Positions 62,231 to 64,000 of a stretch of 64,000 bases of DNA are shown in pieces. Source of the DNA: Nitrospirota bacterium (GTDB lineage: Bacteria; Nitrospirota; UBA9217); the NCBI GenBank assembly GCA_963818475.1, contig CAWFSF010000005.1, positions 256,001 through 320,000 on the forward strand. The letters are read 5' to 3'. Under the pieces are notes generated by a model, which worked only from the letters and a program-made list of their open reading frames with translations, was not told the origin of the DNA and did no database searches. A program made the position numbers and the translations under genes. The first letter of the stretch is position 1. Each line of letters opens with the position of its first letter.

Positions 62231-64000
62231 ATGGATGATCGGCAATCTTACCGGAGCAACTCATGGAAGCTGCTGCTGATCGGGGTCGTACTCGGCCTTC
62301 TGGCGTGGAACCTGGACGTTAGCCTGGATGCTGCCGTTGGCAAGTTTTCCGGTTTTCTGACAGAACTGCGCACTCCTTTCTCCATGAACTTTCTGAGCCA
62401 TCTCTTGCTCCTGGCGGCGTTCATCCTCTTCGGTGCATACGGCGCCCGGCTCCTTGCCCGGACCAGGCGTTCGGAAAAAAGATTCCGGGCCGCAGAGGCA
62501 CAATACCGGAACCTCGTGGAAAGCGCCTGGGACATCACCTACTCTATCTCAAACAACGGCACGATCTCCGCGATCAGCCCCTCCTGCCAGGCTGCCACAG
62601 GCTGGACCCCTGAGGAGCTTTCCGGAAAACACTTTCTCTCGATCATCCACCCCGATGACGTGCAGCAGGCAACCGAAATGTTTCACGCGGTATTGAGCGG
62701 CGGGCAGAGCGACCGGTCAATGAAGGAACTGCGGGTACGGGCGCGGTCAGGCGATTACCGCATCGAGGAGTTCCGGTCCACGCAAGTACTGCAGGACGGA
62801 AAGGTGATCGGGATCTTCGGAGCGGTGCGCGACATCACGGAGCGCAGGCGGATGGAGAAGGAGCTTCTGGAAAGTGAGGTCAGATACCGGGACCTGTTCG
62901 AGAATGCCAATGACCTGATCCTGAGCGTGGACATGGACGGCCGGTTTCTGTACGTCAACCGTGCCTGGTTCAGGACGCTGGGCTACAACGAAGAGGAGGT
63001 CGCCGGCCTCACCCTGGCAATGATCATTCACCCGGATTACGAAATGCAGTGCGCTGCGGCGTTCGAGAAAGCACGATCGGGCGAAGACATCGGACGCATC
63101 GAGGCCGGATTCGTGGCAAGGGACGGAAATACCGTCATTGTCGAGGGCAGTGTCAGCTGCCAGCTGCAGCAGGGAAAGCCTGTGGCGCTCCGCTGCATCT
63201 TCTCGAACATCACCGGGCGCCGTTCGGCCGAAGAGTTCAACAAGAAAATCCTCGAGAGCGTTGACGAAGGCTTCATTGTCGTGACCCCTGACTACCGCAT
63301 CACGCTGGCGAACAAGGCCTTCTGCGCAGGGGTCAAAATACACCCCAAGGAGGTCGTTGGCAAACACTGCTTCGAGGTCTCCCACCACACAAGCCGCCCC
63401 TGCTTCGAAGAAGGCGAGGCCTGCGCTGTCCGGGAGGTCTTCAGGACCGGCGAAGTTCATACGGCGACCCACATGCACTTCGACAGCAGGGGGAACCCCA
63501 TCTACATGGAGATCAAGGCTTACCCCATGCGCGACTCCCTCGGCAAGGTCGTTTCCGCCATCGAGGTCCACAACGATATCTCAGAGCGAAAACAGCTTGA
63601 GGAACAGCTCCGGCATTCCCAGAAGATGGAAGCCATCGGGACGCTGGCCGGGGGTGTTGCCCACGATTTTAACAATATTCTGACTGCCATTATCGGATAC
63701 GGCAGCCTGCTCCAGATGAGGATCGATCCCGCAAGCCCGCTGCGGTCCAGTGTGGACCAGATCCTCGCATCGACCGAGCGGGCGTCGAACCTGACCCGGC
63801 GGCTCCTTACGTTCAGCAGAAAACAGAACGCCGTGCTGAAACCTGTTGACCTGAACACCATCGTCGGGCGGGTCAACAACCTCCTGGGCATGCTGATCGG
63901 CGAGGACATCGAGATCAAGCTCCAGCTGCACCCGACGGGACTGGGCATGCAGGCCGATGCCGGACAGATCGAGCAGGTGCTGATGAATCTCGTCACCAAT
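62231..64000 (+). CDS. Multi-PAS sensor histidine kinase, 3' partial (absent from the ORF track)
   Basis: Translated by hand from ATG 62231: two TMs, three PAS domains (IHPDD, RDITER), QKMEAIGTLAGGVAHDFNNIL, QIEQVLMNLVTN at the window end. Confidence 0.92.
   Translation, partial: MDDRQSYRSNSWKLLLIGVVLGLLAWNLDVSLDAAVGKFSGFLTELRTPFSMNFLSHLLLLAAFILFGAYGARLLARTRRSEKRFRAAEAQYRNLVESAWDITYSISNNGTISAISPSCQAATGWTPEELSGKHFLSIIHPDDVQQATEMFHAVLSGGQSDRSMKELRVRARSGDYRIEEFRSTQVLQDGKVIGIFGAVRDITERRRMEKELLESEVRYRDLFENANDLILSVDMDGRFLYVNRAWFRTLGYNEEEVAGLTLAMIIHPDYEMQCAAAFEKARSGEDIGRIEAGFVARDGNTVIVEGSVSCQLQQGKPVALRCIFSNITGRRSAEEFNKKILESVDEGFIVVTPDYRITLANKAFCAGVKIHPKEVVGKHCFEVSHHTSRPCFEEGEACAVREVFRTGEVHTATHMHFDSRGNPIYMEIKAYPMRDSLGKVVSAIEVHNDISERKQLEEQLRHSQKMEAIGTLAGGVAHDFNNILTAIIGYGSLLQMRIDPASPLRSSVDQILASTERASNLTRRLLTFSRKQNAVLKPVDLNTIVGRVNNLLGMLIGEDIEIKLQLHPTGLGMQADAGQIEQVLMNLVTN

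Noticed and set aside
62248-63999. Minus-strand ORFs in the track at the window end
   Set aside because: Shadows of the plus-strand PAS kinase, which the track misses because it has no stop inside the window
1-64000. More than 20 frameshifted genes as mass pseudogenisation or programmed frameshifting
   Set aside because: Indels also hit priA, rpiB, smpB and hrpB, several lie in homopolymers, and both halves stay conserved. Uncorrected long-read error is the simplest explanation; read polishing would confirm.

Overview
Bacterial chromosomal segment, mostly GC-rich, Gram-negative (LpxL-type acyltransferase, TolC). Gene style suggests Nitrospirota or a deltaproteobacterium-like organism (inference only). 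It carries about 55 protein genes, mostly on the minus strand: housekeeping genes (hrpB, galT, smpB, priA, nrdR, glyA, rpiB, rsmE, pcnB), many signalling genes, and an RND/rhodanese operon. More than 20 genes are split by single-base indels, including near-essential ones, which points to long-read assembly error. No rRNA, tRNA, CRISPR array or transposase was seen. Best candidates for undescribed biology: (1) a 13-kb operon with a secreted transglutaminase-fold protein ending in an AT-rich CHAP/NlpC-P60 domain, two AT-rich exported beta-propeller genes and a ~2,570-aa surface protein, i.e. a polymorphic toxin/immunity/adhesin-like system; (2) a kinase / receiver-TPR-HEPN / MotB-like operon; (3) a shared site exactly 8 bp upstream of three sigma70 -35 elements; (4) a sigma54-type operon with a C-rich leader hairpin and a candidate selenoprotein; (5) several families of small inverted-repeat elements, some inside coding frames.
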